From assembly GCA_017623455.1 (NCBI GenBank), contig JAGAPA010000012.1, forward strand, positions 982-64,981: a DNA stretch of 64,000 nucleotides, written 5' to 3'. This document shows, piece after piece, positions 60,365-64,000 of the stretch. Each line of letters begins with the position of its first letter. Positions within the stretch are counted from its first letter, which is position 1. This DNA comes from Clostridia bacterium. Lineage in GTDB: Bacteria; Bacillota; Clostridia; Christensenellales; Pumilibacteraceae. A model generated the notes under the pieces. That model had not been told where the DNA came from, made no database searches, and saw only the letters and a list, made by a program, of their open reading frames with translations. A program made the position numbers and the translations under genes.

Positions 60365-60961
60365 TTAACCTTGCTGTAAAGCTTTGAAAATTATTTGCTC
60401 TACGCTCATTCCGTCTTTTTGTACTCGCTTTACAGCCTGCACCGCTTCGTTTTTATTGTATCCAAACGTCATAAGCGCGGACACTGCGTCCTGATTTACG
60501 TTAATATCGTTCTCAGTTGTAGGCGTGCTTTCCGCTATTGCGATTAAGCTTTCGGAAGGATCGACGCTCATTTTATCTTTAAGCTCCAAAATTATGCGCT
60601 CTGCGGACTTTTTGCCCACTCCCTTTATTTTGGAAAGAGCTTTTACGTCGCCGTGATAGATAGCAAGAACAAGCTGAGGTAACGCCATACCGCTCAGTAT
60701 ATCTATTGCAGACTTTGGACCTATTCCGCTTATGCCGGTAAGCTTTAAGAACATATTCTTTTCCTGCGCGGATGAAAATCCGAAAAGTCTGACGTCGTCT
60801 TGTGATATTGCAAGATAGGTATAAATTTTTGCGGTTTGACCTATTTTAAGATCGCTTACGCAAGATATGGAAGCAATAATATCGTAGCCGATACCGTTAC
60901 ATTCCACAACAAGCGCGTTTCCGTTACACTCTACAACTTCGCCTTTAATAAAACTGTACAT
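60365..60961 (-). CDS. ruvA: Holliday junction DNA helicase RuvA
   Basis: N-terminus MYSFIKGEV..., HhH motifs (ISGIGPKSA, IKGVGKKSAERI) and a C-terminal domain III. Confidence 0.9.
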   Translation of the reverse strand: MYSFIKGEVVECNGNALVVECNGIGYDIIASISCVSDLKIGQTAKIYTYLAISQDDVRLFGFSSAQEKNMFLKLTGISGIGPKSAIDILSGMALPQLVLAIYHGDVKALSKIKGVGKKSAERIILELKDKMSVDPSESLIAIAESTPTTENDINVNQDAVSALMTFGYNKNEAVQAVKRVQKDGMSVEQIIFKALQQG

Positions 60962-61030
60962 GCTTATTTCCTCTTAATTTCTGATTTTTTTGGAGTTATT
61001 TTGTTTACACTATAGCGTTCTTACTCTCTT

Positions 61031-61522
61031 TTATACAAGCGTTCTCTTGTTAAAGCTTACCGTATGCGCGTGGCAAATAGCTACCGCCAACGCGTCGGCG
61101 GCATCGTCGGGCTTGGGAACGGCGGAAAGCTTCAGTAGCATTTTAACCATATACTGAACTTGTCTTTTTTCTGCCCTACCCTCTCCTGTAAGCGCCATTT
61201 TGACTTGTAAAGGAGTATATTCAAACAGTTTTCCGCACGACTTTATCGCAGAAAGAACCAACACTCCGCGCGCTTGTGCAACCTTGATACCCGTGGTAAT
61301 ATTCGTATTGAAAAACAGCTCTTCAAGCGCAATTTCGTCGGGCTTGAACTTATCGATAACGTGGTTCATTGCGTCATAAATCATTTCCAAACGCTCCGAA
61401 ATAGGCTTGTCCTTTGGTGTGGTAATTACGCCGTAATCAATTGCTCGGATTTTTCCATTAAGTTTTTCGATAACCCCGTATCCTATGGTTCCGTACCCGG
61501 GGTCTATACCTAATATTATCAC
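61031..61522 (-). CDS. ruvC: Crossover junction endodeoxyribonuclease RuvC
   Basis: IILGIDPGYGTIGYGVIE, ...E.FF..N and ...DAADALAVAICH. Confidence 0.9.
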   Translation of the reverse strand: MIILGIDPGYGTIGYGVIEKLNGKIRAIDYGVITTPKDKPISERLEMIYDAMNHVIDKFKPDEIALEELFFNTNITTGIKVAQARGVLVLSAIKSCGKLFEYTPLQVKMALTGEGRAEKRQVQYMVKMLLKLSAVPKPDDAADALAVAICHAHTVSFNKRTLV

Positions 61523-62089
61523 TTTTTTTCTCCATTACATAGTTATACACATATAATATATTATTTTTGGACAAAAAAGTCAAGGGTATTTGCCTAAATG
61601 CTTGAGATATGACAAAATACCCGATATGCAAAACGCACGCCGGGTATTTGTTAGTGTTATTAATTTGTGTATCATTTATTATAATTATGCATTGCTAACC
61701 TAATGCTCCGCCTAAAAAGCTCAAATCATCTTCAGCACATTTCAATCTTCAGACAGCTGCAACGACTTCAATTTTTGCAAAACGCTTGGCAATAAATCCA
61801 TAGCAATTACAAACGAATTGACAAGGTTTCCGCTATACGTATGCTCGAAAACGTGACAAAATCCAAACAGAACAAGTTTGTCGGTTACACTAATTTCTTT
61901 TAAGTTAAAGCAAACAAATGAAGGCTTGAGTGCAATTCAAAACAGGGGTAAGCAATACGGAACACCAAACGATTACGCAGTATAAAATAAGGTTTTATTG
62001 CTCGGCATGAAAAATTTTGAGCATATCTTCAATATCTTAAACATTGTTAAAAGCATCTGCGTAGCGCGCAACCCGTTTGCTCGTAGCAG

Positions 62090-64000
62090 TTAGAATATTA
62101 TCTTAACGGATGCCCATTCGCTTTCACGGTAACTGTCGTTGCGAACTATAGCCCTAACGTATACCGTATAGTCGTCACCGGGGAATGCAAACGTGGTTGT
62201 CAAAACCTGCGTTCCAATCTCATCGGAGGGATCAATAATCATTTTTGGTCCATCTTGTCCGAACATTAACTCGTAAGATATGTTCGGATCGTTTACCTCG
62301 ACGGTAAGTCCAATTTCGGGATCGTATGCAATAACGGGTGTCGCAAGCTGTTCTCTCGTATCCTCGCGGATTACGACTTCGCTCCATTCGCCGTACTGTT
62401 CGTATTCTCCGCTATCACACACCGCGCGAACCTTAAAGCTCTGTCCAAACTCAATATTGCTTACGCTCGTTGCCCCAACGGTATTTGCATTGCCGTCAAG
62501 CTCGTACTCGTAGTCGGTTGCGCCTTCAACCCCACTCCAAGATATAATGCCCTCACTTGCAAACAACTCCGTGTTAAGCTCGGGTACACCCATCGTATGA
62601 GCTTGCGTTTTTTCCTCACTCCATTCACTGTCGGCATAACCTGCTTGGGTAGAGGTTGCGCGAACGATAATCCTATCGCCTCCGACAAGCCCCGAAACTT
62701 CGGTCAGAACAGTTGTCTGCTCCGCTCCGTCGTTTATCTTGTAAACGTAACCTGTAGCGTTTTCAATTGCAATCCAGCTTGCCGTACCGCCGGAAACGGT
62801 AACCTCGGGGGTAGCAAGCTTGGTTACGTTGTGGTATATCATTACCCACTCGGAGCTCGTACAGCCCTCGGCATACGCCTGAACGTAAAGCTTTTCGCCC
62901 GTTGGTATTTCGGACAGGGCGAGGTAGTAGTTTCTTGTAGTGGTTTCCGTTCCGTTTTTACCTATTTTGTAATTGTATCCGTCTGCGTATTCCACGCTGC
63001 TCCAATATACTCTTTCTCTGCGAATCGTATCAAACGCGGGATTAGTCAACGTGACGGTGAACAGATAAGACTCGCTCCAATCGCTCGACCTGTAATTTTC
63101 AACGTCGTCAGAGATCGCTCTTACTCGGTAAGTAGCGCCAACCGTTGCGTACCAACCAATATATTCAATCTCAATGGTTTGTATGCTTTTATAATTCTCC
63201 TCGACGATATACTTACTTGCCCCTGCAACCTCGTCCCAAACAATATAACCGTCTTCAACTCTAATGTTCACAGGAGTGCCCAACTTTTGTCTTGCGTCGG
63301 TGCACGTATATTCCACCCATTCGCTGTCAAGATATCCGTTTGCAAGTCCTTCCTCGGAAGCAACGCACATGACGCGAAGCACATCACCGTTGTTAAGCAC
63401 AACCGAAAGGTCTCCGTCAAGCTCAACTCTCACGGGTGTACCGCCGTTGATCGTATAAAGATAATGAGATACGTTTGCGGTATCAGCCGACCAGTTGATC
63501 TCGCAGGTGTCCTTTGAATACTCTCCAAGCGTGGGAGCGGAAATCTTGATACCCTCGAAGGTTACCCATTCGCTCCATTCGCTCTCAAGCCAATATCCCG
63601 ATGCGGGTATTCTAACCCTAACCTTCGTTCCGGCAGAGGGCACGTAGAAGCGAGCGTAGCCTGCTTCGGATGCTATGGTGATATCTACGGGATTTCCGTT
63701 CTCATCTATTGCTTCATACTCGTAGTGATCGTTATTCCAACCATCAAGGCTTTCGGGAGTTACCACGCCGTAATATTCGCCATACAGTTCCTTGTATTCG
63801 ATGGTAGGCTTTTCAATTTGCGCATAAACGGCAACGCTGTCAGACCAACGAGTAGCTTGATAATCTCCGTCCTCGTAGTCAGTACCTATTAGTCTGATAG
63901 AAACACCGAAATTATATGTTCCGGCTTTAAGTTTCGATGCATCCACGGAAATAGTGTAAGAGCTTTCATAATCGGAAACGTATTTTTCAATCAGACCGTC
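62090..64000 (-). CDS. Large surface/secreted protein made of tandem Ig/Fn3-like modules of about 85-95 aa. The 5' end lies off the window.
   Basis: My translation shows the frame stays open upstream of the track start (a GTG at 63946) to position 64000. Modules recur and each ends in a [DS]SEW/SEW motif (SDWSES, SSEWVM, DSEWSEE, GEWSEV, ESEWASV). Confidence 0.7.
   Translation of the reverse strand, partial: DGLIEKYVSDYESSYTISVDASKLKAGTYNFGVSIRLIGTDYEDGDYQATRWSDSVAVYAQIEKPTIEYKELYGEYYGVVTPESLDGWNNDHYEYEAIDENGNPVDITIASEAGYARFYVPSAGTKVRVRIPASGYWLESEWSEWVTFEGIKISAPTLGEYSKDTCEINWSADTANVSHYLYTINGGTPVRVELDGDLSVVLNNGDVLRVMCVASEEGLANGYLDSEWVEYTCTDARQKLGTPVNIRVEDGYIVWDEVAGASKYIVEENYKSIQTIEIEYIGWYATVGATYRVRAISDDVENYRSSDWSESYLFTVTLTNPAFDTIRRERVYWSSVEYADGYNYKIGKNGTETTTRNYYLALSEIPTGEKLYVQAYAEGCTSSEWVMIYHNVTKLATPEVTVSGGTASWIAIENATGYVYKINDGAEQTTVLTEVSGLVGGDRIIVRATSTQAGYADSEWSEEKTQAHTMGVPELNTELFASEGIISWSGVEGATDYEYELDGNANTVGATSVSNIEFGQSFKVRAVCDSGEYEQYGEWSEVVIREDTREQLATPVIAYDPEIGLTVEVNDPNISYELMFGQDGPKMIIDPSDEIGTQVLTTTFAFPGDDYTVYVRAIVRNDSYRESEWASVKIIF

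Overview
The window looks like chromosomal DNA from a low-GC, spore-forming Firmicute of the Clostridia type, judged from gene content only. Most genes are on the minus strand. Three kinds of content are present.

(1) Conserved housekeeping and sporulation blocks:
- ispH-S1 fusion, plsC, cmk
- rluB, dacB, ytfJ, scpB, scpA
- spoIVB
- a six-tRNA array
- ktr/trk K+ uptake genes and a DEAD-box helicase
- rplS, tgt, queA, ruvBAC

(2) A run of cytoplasmic glycoside-hydrolase genes, each paired with an AraC-family regulator. The hydrolases are GH2 x3, GH5-like, GH32-like and GH115-like.

(3) Three large secreted or surface proteins:
- a LamG / metallophosphatase / GLUG / collagen-like protein
- a beta-helix protein with a SipW/TasA-type signal peptide
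- an Ig/Fn3-like repeat protein

The most unusual region is about 18.9-34.2 kb. It holds two divergent, short glycyl radical enzymes (GREs) with G-C-Y-E cysteine loops, one GRE activase, two paralogous cytoplasmic GH2 glycosidases, four AraC regulators plus a decayed fifth, and an AraC-HTH::BNR/sialidase-like fusion. One GRE, the activase and one GH2 form a tight operon. I propose this as an uncharacterised glycoside-linked radical-enzyme pathway.

Other notable items are a GIY-YIG nuclease gene bracketed by perfect 34-bp direct repeats and a family of short degenerate repeats near the tRNA array and between queA and tgt. No rRNA genes, CRISPR arrays, transposases or integrases were seen.

All functional calls come from motif recognition by eye. 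No database search was run.
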